The notes beneath the pieces are model-generated. The model did not search any database. It saw nothing but the letters and a program-made list of their open reading frames with translations, and was not told the DNA's origin. The position numbers and the translations under genes are program-made. This document shows positions 47,672-57,214 of a DNA stretch of 64,000 nt, in pieces. Each line of letters begins with the position of its first letter. Position 1 is the stretch's first letter. This stretch comes from an uncultured Gammaproteobacteria bacterium (GTDB taxonomy: Bacteria > Patescibacteriota > Patescibacteriia > Magasanikbacterales > GWA2-37-8), in NCBI GenBank assembly GCA_964634875.1, contig CAZWKA010000001.1, positions 37,600 through 101,599 of the forward strand, written 5' to 3'.

Positions 47672-48451
47672 CTATTGGGCAGGATACCAGTTTACCAGCA
47701 CAACTTCGATAGTTGAATCACCAGTATTCACGAGTTCCTTGAATGTATTCACGTCAGCCAAGCCGTCTTGTCCGCGATAGTGGTACGGGTAGACTTTTTT
47801 TGGTTTAAAATCGAGTACTGCGCTGGCCGCTTCGTCGACACCCATTGTAAAGGGTAAATTCATGGGAATAAAAGCTATGTCGATGTCGGTGAGGGCGCGC
47901 ATTTCTGGTGTGCCAGCTGTGTCACCGGCGACATACACGCGGTAGCCATCTTTTTCAATCACATAGCCATTGCCGCGGCCCTTGGTGTGGCGGCTGTCTG
48001 CTGTTTCCGGCAGGTTGTACATGGGGATGCCTTGAAACGCAAAACCTTGTTCAGTGAGTGTTGCACCGTTGGCCAAAACTTTGGCGCGTGCAGCCAAAGT
48101 ATCGGGTAACAAATCTTCGACTGCTTGAGGTACTATGAGGACAGCATCACCAGTAATAGCTTCAAGCGTGCTCGTACTTAAATGGTCGCCGTGAATGTCG
48201 GTTACCACAATAATATCCGCAGCAGGCTGGCCAGCAAAAGCCGCTGCGCCGCCTGTGGGGTCGGTGTATATGACAGTGTCATCCCACGTGAGAACAGCTG
48301 TGGCGTGGGAGATGGGAGTTACTTGGACGGGTGAGGATTGTTCCATAGTTTGGTTATTGGGTTGGGGCGGGGCTGGTGGACGTGTGAAGGCGTAGAGGGC
48401 AATAAGTACGATGACCATTGCGGCAATGATCCAGATAAGTGATTTTTGCAT
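47672..48451 (-). CDS. Metallo-beta-lactamase fold hydrolase
   Basis: TDIHGDH, YVAGDT, PYHY; N-terminal TM. Confidence 0.88.
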   Translation of the reverse strand: MQKSLIWIIAAMVIVLIALYAFTRPPAPPQPNNQTMEQSSPVQVTPISHATAVLTWDDTVIYTDPTGGAAAFAGQPAADIIVVTDIHGDHLSTSTLEAITGDAVLIVPQAVEDLLPDTLAARAKVLANGATLTEQGFAFQGIPMYNLPETADSRHTKGRGNGYVIEKDGYRVYVAGDTAGTPEMRALTDIDIAFIPMNLPFTMGVDEAASAVLDFKPKKVYPYHYRGQDGLADVNTFKELVNTGDSTIEVVLVNWYPAQ

Positions 48452-48545
48452 ATGGTTTTAAATAAAAGTTTTAATACATTGTCGTACTCTTTAAACTAGT
48501 ACGTAGAGTTAGCTTATAATTTATTTTTCAAAAAAGCAAATAAGC

Positions 48546-49277
48546 CTAAAGCCGTTCAAATAAGAGTTTGAATAATTTTCGTTGAAAGTTTGCCAGCTTC
48601 TGATGTTCGATAATAATACCCGTTTCGCTTTCAAAGTCTACGATAGATATTTTGGTATCGTAAATCATCAATTGAATATTGTCGTCAAAGAGAAGTTTCT
48701 GGGGAACGGTTTTTACCACTCGGTTCATGTCTTTGCTGTAGGCTGAAGCGCGCTCTGTGCTGGTAATTACCAATCGTTGGAGTTGTTTTCGGTCACGGTC
48801 CCGGACGAAGTTTGGCGGGCGCAGTCGTTCAATATCATCAAGCGTAGTTTTTGTTTTTCGCGATCCATACCGGTAATAAACCGACCCCGGCTTAAGCGTT
48901 GTCACCAGGTCGCTGATTACTCGCTGTACACCATGTTTACCTTCAAAATAGAGTACTCGCGGCCGCGAGCGTCGTTTTTCGTAGGCTGCTTTTAGGTCGT
49001 GTACGGAGTCATCGATCGAGGCTTTGATTGCTTCGATTTCTGGGATAAGCGCATCTGGTGGAGCGGCTACGTACTTGATTCGTTTTCCGGAGGATCGTTT
49101 ACTGACGAGTCCGTGGCTGGCCAGGAGGGGTAGGGTTTTATAAATCGCGGGGCGATGCAGGCCAGACTCACGCTCAAGTTCTGCAATCGATGCTGGTCCG
49201 TGTTCTACGAGGCAGCGATACAGGAGGGCGAGTTTTGGCGGTAATCCAGCTAAGGTTAGGAGGGTAGTCATTTCCAT
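48546..49277 (-). CDS. TrmB-family HTH transcriptional regulator
   Basis: N-terminal wHTH (SGLHRPAIY), YFEGKHGV, C-terminal IYDTKISI...GIIIE. Confidence 0.8.
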   Translation of the reverse strand: MEMTTLLTLAGLPPKLALLYRCLVEHGPASIAELERESGLHRPAIYKTLPLLASHGLVSKRSSGKRIKYVAAPPDALIPEIEAIKASIDDSVHDLKAAYEKRRSRPRVLYFEGKHGVQRVISDLVTTLKPGSVYYRYGSRKTKTTLDDIERLRPPNFVRDRDRKQLQRLVITSTERASAYSKDMNRVVKTVPQKLLFDDNIQLMIYDTKISIVDFESETGIIIEHQKLANFQRKLFKLLFERL

Positions 49278-49430
49278 AAATGTACTATTTAGTACAAATT
49301 AAATATGTCAGTATTTTAGCTTATTATAGTTATTTTAGTAAAGTTAATAGTTACTAACTACAGTATATGTACTTTTTATACCATAAAAAGAGATGCAACG
49401 TGTAGGATGACTGCAGACAAGGAGGGCACT

Positions 49431-50210
49431 ATGCCGCAGATCATTCGTACCATTACGTTTGTCCGCCACGGGCAGAGCGAGCAGAATCTTATTAAGCCTG
49501 ACAAGCACCCCGTAACACCCGAACAGCTCAGGTTGTTCCGCGAGCGTGAAACTGGCGACCATCGCCTCACCAAGCAGGGCGTTGCCGAAGCCCGTCGACT
49601 GGGCGAGATGCTTCGCAGCCTTAAGCTCACGTTTGATCTCTTGGTTACCTCGAGCTATGTGCGAGCCCAGGAAACCCTGCTCGAAGCGGGGCTCGAGGGT
49701 TCAATCGAAGTTTCGCCGCTCCTCGACGAGCGCTACTCGGGTGAGCATGAACCCCTCCGGCATAGCGAGGCTCTCGAGCGTTTCCCCAGCGCTGACCGCG
49801 ACCGGCGGCGTAAGGAAACCCGTTGGCGGCCGGAGAATGGTGAGAGTATGCGTGACGTTCTTACGCGGACACTTCTGTTTATGGGGCAGTTGCACGAGCT
49901 CGAGGGTGGTAATGGTAATGTGCTTATCGTTTCTCACTCGCGGGTTATCGCCTCGTATATGTGGTGGGCCGAGCAGCTCGAGGACGGCCAGGTTCCGGGC
50001 GCAGCTGATGGCAGTGGTGGCGGGATCGTTGTTGCGAATGGCGAGGTCACTCAGTATGGCTGGGCAAAAAACTCGCTCCGCCCCACACATAAGCGCTCTT
50101 TCTTATCGGGCCAGCTACAGAGTCTCGATTGGCAGCCGCTTCCCACGAGCCCTCGCTTTTCTCCGGCTGACCTTCGCCGGATGGTCGAAGCGTATCCCCG
50201 GATACTCTAA
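49431..50210 (+). CDS. Histidine phosphatase family protein (GC-rich class)
   Basis: VRHGQS, SSYVRAQET, GES, LIVSH; AAGGAGG SD. Confidence 0.88.
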   Translation: MPQIIRTITFVRHGQSEQNLIKPDKHPVTPEQLRLFRERETGDHRLTKQGVAEARRLGEMLRSLKLTFDLLVTSSYVRAQETLLEAGLEGSIEVSPLLDERYSGEHEPLRHSEALERFPSADRDRRRKETRWRPENGESMRDVLTRTLLFMGQLHELEGGNGNVLIVSHSRVIASYMWWAEQLEDGQVPGAADGSGGGIVVANGEVTQYGWAKNSLRPTHKRSFLSGQLQSLDWQPLPTSPRFSPADLRRMVEAYPRIL

Positions 50211-50283
50211 AACAAAAGGACGACGCCCTGCGTCGTCCTCTTTCTATGCTCATGCTTGTTTCAGGTATGAGCGCAGATGTTCT

Positions 50284-50535
50284 TTAGCGATGGCTGCAAC
50301 CTGGCCAGCAACAGGGACGGTTTTTTCCAACTAAAAGATCGTGGCCAACCCGTTCGATGCGGCCATTCCGGGTTTCTATTTTTTTGGCGGATTCAATAAA
50401 ACACAGCCACTCATTGCGGGCGAGTGGTGTAATAGCGTTCCAAGCTTCGAGTACCGTAGGTTTGGAAGTAATGAACTTTCGTAGATCTGCGGGCACTCGG
50501 TGCACTACGCCACTAGCAATTTCTTTTTTGGTCAT
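50284..50535 (-). CDS. YdeI/OmpD-associated family protein
   Basis: VPADL, TPLARNEW, RPCCWPGC. Confidence 0.8.
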   Translation of the reverse strand: MTKKEIASGVVHRVPADLRKFITSKPTVLEAWNAITPLARNEWLCFIESAKKIETRNGRIERVGHDLLVGKNRPCCWPGCSHR

Positions 50536-50546
50536 ATGTGTGCTTT

Positions 50547-50954
50547 TTATTTTCTGGGAAATTTTTCATCTTCCTGGTGTGCTTTTTCAATAATGAAGCA
50601 AAATTTTTCGAGTAAATCAGGGATATCCTTTAGACGCGCGGTTTCTAAAGCCGCTTGAAATGCTTCATAACCCGGCCGTATCCGTTCAACTTGCCGACCC
50701 GAGTCTTCTCCGGTATATTCTTCCCACAAACCTGCAATAGTGCCTACAATAGTGGTAATACCTTCTTCTCCAGAGTCTAATCCGTACGACTCTTTCCAGG
50801 GTGTGGCCGCTGATTCTTCGCCAATAAATTCAAGCCGAGCTTGCGTTAATTCCTTTTGATACCTCACCTGGGCGAGGAGTTCAGCTGGCACGCGCTCTTT
50901 TGGTCTAAAAAATTCAGCTACTCTACTTCCAAAACTGCGAAAATTTTCGCTCAT
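50547..50954 (-). CDS. Hypothetical protein
   Basis: ORF in the same operon direction. Confidence 0.55.
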   Translation of the reverse strand: MSENFRSFGSRVAEFFRPKERVPAELLAQVRYQKELTQARLEFIGEESAATPWKESYGLDSGEEGITTIVGTIAGLWEEYTGEDSGRQVERIRPGYEAFQAALETARLKDIPDLLEKFCFIIEKAHQEDEKFPRK

Positions 50955-51073
50955 AGGTTATTTTTTAATAAGTACAGATCTCAAATTAATACCTGCCGTT
51001 ATTTTTATTAGTTCTCGAAAGTGAGATTGCAGCAGTTAATTTGAGAGTAACAGTTTGACTGAGTGTTGTAGGC

Positions 51074-51604
51074 TTACATTTTTCGACTATCGTATGCCCA
51101 GTGGAGTAGGGCTTGTCGTTGGACAGGGCGGCAGGCGAGGTCCTTGGGTCGGCAGTTCTTTTTAAGCTGGCCAATGTGGCGACGGATCGCTTTCCAGCGG
51201 CCGATTTGGCGGTGGTCTTCTTTGGGGATGCGCCGACCTAAGTAATACCGACAATACCACTGGAACCAGCCGTGCGGGTCGCACAATGTGATCCATCCCT
51301 TTTTTTGCCAAACACTTAGGGGTTGGCTGGCGTGAACACCAAAAAAATTTAAAGTTTTTTCTTTTTTAAAACTCTTGGACAGACGAGCTCCTTTAAACCA
51401 AGACTTTGGCAGATCGTCGGGGATAAGTCCGGGTACGCCAATAAAATAAGCGCCACCAAAAACGCCAAGAGCCAACATTTCTGAGGGCGTAAGTTCCGGT
51501 TTAAATTCAGGATCAAACTGCTTGCCTGTTGGGGCAGAAAGTTCGTAGGTATAATGACTCTGGAAGTTGTCTGATTCGGTTCGGAGGTTGCTGTTTTTTG
51601 GCAT
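51074..51604 (-). CDS. Conserved hypothetical protein
   Basis: LTPSEMLALGVFGGAY, DPHGWFQWYCRYYLGRR, RQALLHWAYD. Confidence 0.75.
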   Translation of the reverse strand: MPKNSNLRTESDNFQSHYTYELSAPTGKQFDPEFKPELTPSEMLALGVFGGAYFIGVPGLIPDDLPKSWFKGARLSKSFKKEKTLNFFGVHASQPLSVWQKKGWITLCDPHGWFQWYCRYYLGRRIPKEDHRQIGRWKAIRRHIGQLKKNCRPKDLACRPVQRQALLHWAYDSRKM

Positions 51605-51641
51605 ATAACAAGAGCGTGGTATGGCCTGGAAATGGATTGCG

Positions 51642-52646
51642 TTAATTAATCCGGTTGTTAATTTGTCCGCTTATAAAACTTTTAATATTTTCAGCGGTTA
51701 CGTCTATAATTCGTTCTAAGGCCTCAATGCTATTAAAAGCATTGTGCGGAGTAACGATGGTGTTGGGGTGGTCAATGATGAGATTATTAATGAGGGTGGT
51801 TTTTATTTTACAGTTGGCATCCTTGCAGCGCATCACTTCTTCAAAATTCTGTAGCAAATTTTCATCCTCGAGCACATCAAGTCCGGCGCCGGAGAGTTGC
51901 CCTGTGTTGAGGGCTTCGAGGAGTGCCTCTGGATCAATAAGTGCGCCGCGGGCAGTGTTGATGAGCAGGCTGCCGTGCTTCATGAGGCCAATTTTTTCTT
52001 TGTTGATGAGGTGGTGGGTGCTGGAAAGAAGGGGGACGTGCAGTGAAACAATGTCGGATTGTTCGAGGAGTTTTTCGAGTGTGGTATATGTAAATCCAAT
52101 TGTTGTGGCGGTAGCTTGGTTCGGAAATGCGTCGTAGGCGAGCACCTGCATTTCAAAACCCTTGGCGATGCGGGCAATATGCGCTCCAATATGTCCGGTA
52201 CCAATAATACCCAATGTTTTATCTTTAAGATCAATTCCCCGCAAGCCGTGAAAATCATACGTTCCCTCCTTGACCCGTTTAACCGACTGGAAAATTTTTC
52301 TGGTCAGGCCAAGAATCAAAGCAAAGGTATGTTCAGCTACGGTATTTTCACCGTAGGTTGGTACGTTTGATACTGCAATACCGCTTGCCTTTGCTGCGGC
52401 GAGATCAATGTGGTCGTAGCCGGTACTCATGGCCGCAATGTACGTAAGTTTGGGCAAGTGGTCGAAAATTTCGCGGGTAACGGGCGACTCGATAAACAGA
52501 CCAAGTATGGTGGCGGTTTCATCTGCGTTTTTAAGCGTAATCGGTTCGCTGTGCAGGGTGGCTGGAAGGTCGCCAAGCTGCTTCTTGGTATACTCGTGAA
52601 GCTCTGGCCATAAGCCGTAAAAAACAATGTGAGGTGTAGAGGGCAT
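51642..52646 (-). CDS. D-isomer-specific 2-hydroxyacid dehydrogenase (D-lactate dehydrogenase-like)
   Basis: STGYDHID, GIIGTGHIG, INTARG, LDVLEDE, TPHNAF. Confidence 0.92.
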   Translation of the reverse strand: MPSTPHIVFYGLWPELHEYTKKQLGDLPATLHSEPITLKNADETATILGLFIESPVTREIFDHLPKLTYIAAMSTGYDHIDLAAAKASGIAVSNVPTYGENTVAEHTFALILGLTRKIFQSVKRVKEGTYDFHGLRGIDLKDKTLGIIGTGHIGAHIARIAKGFEMQVLAYDAFPNQATATTIGFTYTTLEKLLEQSDIVSLHVPLLSSTHHLINKEKIGLMKHGSLLINTARGALIDPEALLEALNTGQLSGAGLDVLEDENLLQNFEEVMRCKDANCKIKTTLINNLIIDHPNTIVTPHNAFNSIEALERIIDVTAENIKSFISGQINNRIN

Positions 52647-52686
52647 AGAAGTAAAGCGTTCCAAGTCCGAATTAAAATAGTTACCA

Positions 52687-53091
52687 TTATTTAGCTGGTT
52701 TTTTTTCGGTGGTTTTTCCGTCGAAGTGTTCGTGATCTGCTTCGGCTTCGGCTTTGGTTCGGTGAATAACGCCGTCGCGATGGTGTGGTGGTGCATACAA
52801 GGTGTACAGTTTCATGGTTTCAGCACCGGCCATGATGTTGTGACGGGTTCCAGCGGGTACGATAATCACGCTGCCATCGCCAACGGCTTGGGGTTCGCCA
52901 TGTATGACCATTGTTCCACTTCCTTTTTCAATGCGGAAAAATTGGTCGACATCATGAACCTCTTCGCCAATTTCTTCGTGCGGTAGTAGTGACATGATGA
53001 CAAGCTGTGTATTTTTATCGGTGTAGAGCACCTTTCGAAAATGAGGGTTTTCGACCGAAAGCTTTTCAATGTTCGCAATATATCCGTGCAT
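52687..53091 (-). CDS. Cupin domain protein
   Basis: IGEEVH, DQFF, VPAGTRHN, KLYTLYAPPHH. Confidence 0.88.
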   Translation of the reverse strand: MHGYIANIEKLSVENPHFRKVLYTDKNTQLVIMSLLPHEEIGEEVHDVDQFFRIEKGSGTMVIHGEPQAVGDGSVIIVPAGTRHNIMAGAETMKLYTLYAPPHHRDGVIHRTKAEAEADHEHFDGKTTEKKPAK

Positions 53092-53096
53092 ACAAG

Positions 53097-53519
53097 TTAT
53101 TTAATTAAAATGGCGGCCATGACCCCGGCTGTTACCAGGGTGCCACCGATAATATTTCCGGCACTTGGTTTTTCACTTAAAATAAAAAAAGCTAGTAAAA
53201 TACTAAGTGCAACGCTTAATTTATCAACCGTTGATACCCGGCTGACAGGTCCGAGTTGCAGCGCTTTATAATAAAAAAGCCACGAAAGGCCGGTGGCAAG
53301 AGCTGAAAGGGCAATGAAAAGATATGAATGTTTGGAAATTTTGAATATGTCACCGGACTTTCCTTCGAGGAATACGATGCCCCAGGCAAAAAAGACAATA
53401 ATAAGCGTGCGAATTGCAACTGCAACATTGGAGTTAACGTTTTGAATACCGATTTTGCCAAAAATGGCCACCAAAGCAGCGAACAGGGCTGAGAGGAGAG
53501 CATAGATGATCCAGCTCAT
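53097..53519 (-). CDS. EamA/DMT family transporter
   Basis: FAALVAIFGKIG, SWLFYYKALQLG, DKLSV. Confidence 0.88.
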   Translation of the reverse strand: MSWIIYALLSALFAALVAIFGKIGIQNVNSNVAVAIRTLIIVFFAWGIVFLEGKSGDIFKISKHSYLFIALSALATGLSWLFYYKALQLGPVSRVSTVDKLSVALSILLAFFILSEKPSAGNIIGGTLVTAGVMAAILIK

Positions 53520-53672
53520 AGGTGATGTTAGTAATTAAGTATACCAATATAGTATACCAGTTCGCAAAGCAGCACCAGGTAGTGTGGTAGTACTATGAAA
53601 TACTTCTGTGCGCAATAGAAGAGCGCACGGAGCCTGTTTGGCGTCCGTGCGCTATGTTGTTGCGGAGTCGTT

Positions 53673-54737
53673 CTAGTTTTTGGCAAACAAGCTAAGCCCG
53701 GCCACTGCTATGCCGCCCCACCCGGTTCTGGGGTCGTACCCTTCAGACGGGGTTCGTGTCTGAACCGCAGATATTTCTACGAAGGGGTGTATTGGCCAGT
53801 TGTTTGGGTTTGCTGAGAAAGTAACAGTTCCGGCGAACCGAGAGCCATCGACGACGAGAGCTGGGATTTCTGGTTTACGCACTTCGTGGCAGCCGTCGGC
53901 CCTGGCGGACACAGCTAGCTGCCAGTTGGCTAGCTTGGGGGTTTTGGTGCGTACATCGGCCACCCCGCATGTCCACACCCGCGCATTTGCTCCAGTTTCG
54001 CCGCCAGCGTTCCAGTGGAGGCGTAAAGACCACGGCCCCATAGCTGAGAGCGCCAAGGCGACATCGCCGTCAAAACGGCCGCCACCAGGTTCGGGACGCA
54101 AGCTGAACATGTAGGACAGGTAGCTGTTGGGGGTTGTATGGCGGATGCCGGCGTAGTAGGTAAGGCCTTCCGGGTCACGAGAAGGTGTTCCGCCCCAGCT
54201 AGGCGTCATGCCGACTGCTATAGTCAGGCCGCCCGCATGACTGAGTGAGAGTTCTGCGCCCGTGTTCCAGTAGGGCAGGCCATAGGTGGGGAGCGCGTGC
54301 ATGATGTGATACCGGTCGGCCATGGCACTCGGGTTCACGGGTTCGTAGCCCCGGTGGCCCGCGCAGTGTCCGCCAGTTGCGACCGCACTCCACTGGGTAG
54401 TGAGGTTCGCTTTGAGCGTGAGGCAGGCTACCTGAAGGCCGGGGACTGTGCCGATCTTGTCCGCCATGGCACCAGTCCAGGGTACGACCGTCAGCGAGAT
54501 TCGTTCGTTGAGTGCGTTCAGGTCGATCTGCAGCGCAGCCTGGTGTAGCACAGGGAAGGGTGCTACCTCGGTGGTCGCGAGAGCCAGCAGGTGCGGCGGA
54601 TTTCCGAACGAGCCTCCCCAGGTGAGGTCGAGCACTCCTGCGACTGATCCGGTGATGAGCGGTTTTTTTGTAGTTTCCGCCGGGGCAACTTTTGTCCAGG
54701 CAAGCATGACAATTACGAGTAGGGCGCTCAGGCGCAT
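53673..54737 (-). CDS. Secreted beta-rich protein, putative outer-membrane beta-barrel (BBP2/porin-like)
   Basis: Sec signal; amphipathic beta-strand pattern; GHRGYEPVNP...TYGLPYWNTG resembles the BBP2 porin motif; GAGGAG SD. Confidence 0.5.
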   Translation of the reverse strand: MRLSALLVIVMLAWTKVAPAETTKKPLITGSVAGVLDLTWGGSFGNPPHLLALATTEVAPFPVLHQAALQIDLNALNERISLTVVPWTGAMADKIGTVPGLQVACLTLKANLTTQWSAVATGGHCAGHRGYEPVNPSAMADRYHIMHALPTYGLPYWNTGAELSLSHAGGLTIAVGMTPSWGGTPSRDPEGLTYYAGIRHTTPNSYLSYMFSLRPEPGGGRFDGDVALALSAMGPWSLRLHWNAGGETGANARVWTCGVADVRTKTPKLANWQLAVSARADGCHEVRKPEIPALVVDGSRFAGTVTFSANPNNWPIHPFVEISAVQTRTPSEGYDPRTGWGGIAVAGLSLFAKN

Positions 54738-54944
54738 TGTTTTCTCCTCTAGAAATTATAGGGAATTTTTCATGCCCCGTGCAGTTCTCTTTTTAAAAAA
54801 GAGAGCCGGACGGGAGATGAACTAAATTGTGGTGCATAAAACCTCCGCGGTAACGGAGGTTTTTGTTCCTCTAAATTCAACGAATTGAAGGTAAAGGAAA
54901 TGGGGACAGAGAGGTGTGATGCGCGACTGGTCCCCGGGCAGTCG

Positions 54945-56339
54945 TTATCGTGCCAGGGCAACCATGATCGCCAGCGCGATGATGTGGATCAGCGCCGTCG
55001 GGTAGATCTTCCAGGACGAGCCGAGCCACTGCCCCGCGCTCACCCGCAGGCTGCGAGCCAGCGGGAAGTTAGGCAGGTTCGCCGGGATCGTGAGGAATCC
55101 TCCGAAGAGGGCCCCCAAGATCACCGCGGTCGCGAGCACCTCGGCGGGCGCCTGTCCGAGCGTCGTGATCATCGTCACCGGGATGGCGATGAAGACGCGC
55201 GAGGCCAGGGCGTTGTCGGCGAAGTGGCTGACGATGGCCGTGACGAAGAAGAGGGTCACGGCCAAGGCGAAGAGCGGCATCGCCGAGGGGATGAGTCCTG
55301 CGATGGACGCGATCGTCGGCGTTGCCCACAGGCCGATCACCTCGAGCGCCACGAGCAGGATGCCCAGGATGAGTGGCTGCCATGCTGCGGCGTGCGCCTC
55401 TTCCCGGCGATCCTCCTCCGCGCCCCGGTACTCGCGCTTGGCGAGGATGAGGTTCGTGAGGCCGATCGCGAGGTCAGCGCCCAGGACGAGCGGGTTGTCG
55501 GTGGTGAGGATGTGCAGCGTGACGAGTGCGACGAGCGGTAGCAGAGGGAGGAAGCGCTGGGCGCTCAGTGGCGCGCGCTGGATCTCGGTGGGAGCCTGGA
55601 GATACTTCAGCATGATCTTCGTGCACACCACCACGTGCGCTGTGCAGACGAGTCCCGCCATGAGCAAGAGTCGTCCGATTCCCCAGCCGAACTGCTGCTG
55701 GAGCGTGCCCCAGACGATCAGCACGGGCGGCGCGACGAACGGCAACAGACCGTTACCGCTTCCGATGGTGGCCGCGAGTAGGGTAGCGACCTTCGGGCGA
55801 TCCTTCTCCTTGCTCCGCGTCTTGACGTATTCGGCCATGTAGAGCGACGCGGCCGGTCCAGTGAGTGCCGAGAGCAGAGAGCCGACGGCGATGGCGAAGC
55901 CGCGGCCGCCGACCCGCTCTAGCAGGGACATGATCTCGTTCATGCTGCGCGTCGCCAGCCGGGCGGCCGACAGTACGCCGATGATCGTAGCCATGCCATA
56001 GATCGGAAGATGGGGCAGGTGGCCGTTGGTGAAACCGTAGAGGACGAGGGCGATGAACCCGACGAGGATGCCGGCGAGCTCCCCCTCGCTTGTAACGTGG
56101 TGGAGCCAGCGAAGGCTGGGGTGTTCCTTCCACACACTCGGGCCCTGTTCGGTCAGGAGGTTCTCGGTCCGGGCCAGACCGTTCATGGCCAGGACGGCTG
56201 CAACAATCAGTGCCGCGCCTGCGGCGACGGGGTGGTTACCCAGCCCGAACGTCACAAACAGCACGAGGGCCAACAGGCCAAGCCATGACTCGATCACGGC
56301 GTTTTTGGCAATTTGAAAAACGCTTTTCTTCGTTTGCAT
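54945..56339 (-). CDS. Ion-transporter (IT) superfamily membrane protein (NhaD/ArsB-like), GC-rich class
   Basis: Many TM helices; IGSGNGLLPFVAPP, SHFADNA, GGFLTIPANLPNF; AAGGAG SD. Confidence 0.7.
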   Translation of the reverse strand: MQTKKSVFQIAKNAVIESWLGLLALVLFVTFGLGNHPVAAGAALIVAAVLAMNGLARTENLLTEQGPSVWKEHPSLRWLHHVTSEGELAGILVGFIALVLYGFTNGHLPHLPIYGMATIIGVLSAARLATRSMNEIMSLLERVGGRGFAIAVGSLLSALTGPAASLYMAEYVKTRSKEKDRPKVATLLAATIGSGNGLLPFVAPPVLIVWGTLQQQFGWGIGRLLLMAGLVCTAHVVVCTKIMLKYLQAPTEIQRAPLSAQRFLPLLPLVALVTLHILTTDNPLVLGADLAIGLTNLILAKREYRGAEEDRREEAHAAAWQPLILGILLVALEVIGLWATPTIASIAGLIPSAMPLFALAVTLFFVTAIVSHFADNALASRVFIAIPVTMITTLGQAPAEVLATAVILGALFGGFLTIPANLPNFPLARSLRVSAGQWLGSSWKIYPTALIHIIALAIMVALAR

Positions 56340-56682
56340 GAGGTACGCTCCTTGCTGGTGGTTGTCCAGAGACTATCAATGTAACAACCAAGAATGATTA
56401 TTACATTGATAGTCTCTTTTTTCGTTTTTTTACCTCTCTGTCAAATTGTAAAGAGCGTTTGTCTGTAGCAAGACTTTGCAGCCTATCTATAGAACAGCGT
56501 AGCATAGCACAAAAAACACTTTTTGTCAAGAGTCTTGTTCAGTAAAAAAAGCCGTTTTTAAGCCAAAAAAGGCGTTGTCAGCACGCCAAAAACAAAAATC
56601 GAATGCGGCTAGAATATTTTATTTGACGCAGTACTCACTTCGCACTACAATAGCACTACTATTTACTCATCAATTATTTTCT

Positions 56683-57138
56683 ATGAAAGTCCGCGATATC
56701 ATGGAAACAAACGTTATAACTGTTTCGCCCGATACGTCGTATCATGATATTGCCCGTATTTTGTATGAAAAAAATATTAGCGGTATGCCGGTAGTGGATG
56801 CTGCGGGCGAGGTGCTGGGTATTGTGTCGGAAAAAGATATCTTTCGGGTACTGTATCCTTCGTACCAAAATCTCTATGATGACATGGGTGCGGCAACTGC
56901 GAGTTATTTGGAAGGGCGTGAAAAGGAAGCTCAGCAAAAAGAAAATATCCCGGCCAGTGCTTTTATGACCAAGAATGTTATTCAGCTGCATCCGGACGAC
57001 CCGATCATGAAAGCCGGGTCTCTCATGCTCGCCAAAAATATCAGCCGTTTTCCGGTTGTCGAGAACGGTCGGGTGGTTGGGGTCATTAGCCGCAAGATGA
57101 TTTACCGCGCCATTTTAAAGAAAAGTTTTGGGTTTTAA
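56683..57138 (+). CDS. CBS domain protein
   Basis: ISGMPVVD...GIVSEKDI; ISRFPVV...VGVISR. Confidence 0.9.
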   Translation: MKVRDIMETNVITVSPDTSYHDIARILYEKNISGMPVVDAAGEVLGIVSEKDIFRVLYPSYQNLYDDMGAATASYLEGREKEAQQKENIPASAFMTKNVIQLHPDDPIMKAGSLMLAKNISRFPVVENGRVVGVISRKMIYRAILKKSFGF

Positions 57139-57214
57139 GTGTGCTCAAAAAAATAACCCCGTAGGGGGTTATTTTTGTTTACCAAATGTCAGTCGTTGTG
57201 GTGGTTTCAGGTGC

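Noticed and set aside
39108-48451. Stress/detox gene cluster as a novel system
   Set aside because: VOC, DoxX, SRPBCC, ArsR, DUF1428 and AlkD-like clusters are common accessory genes with no unusual architecture seen.
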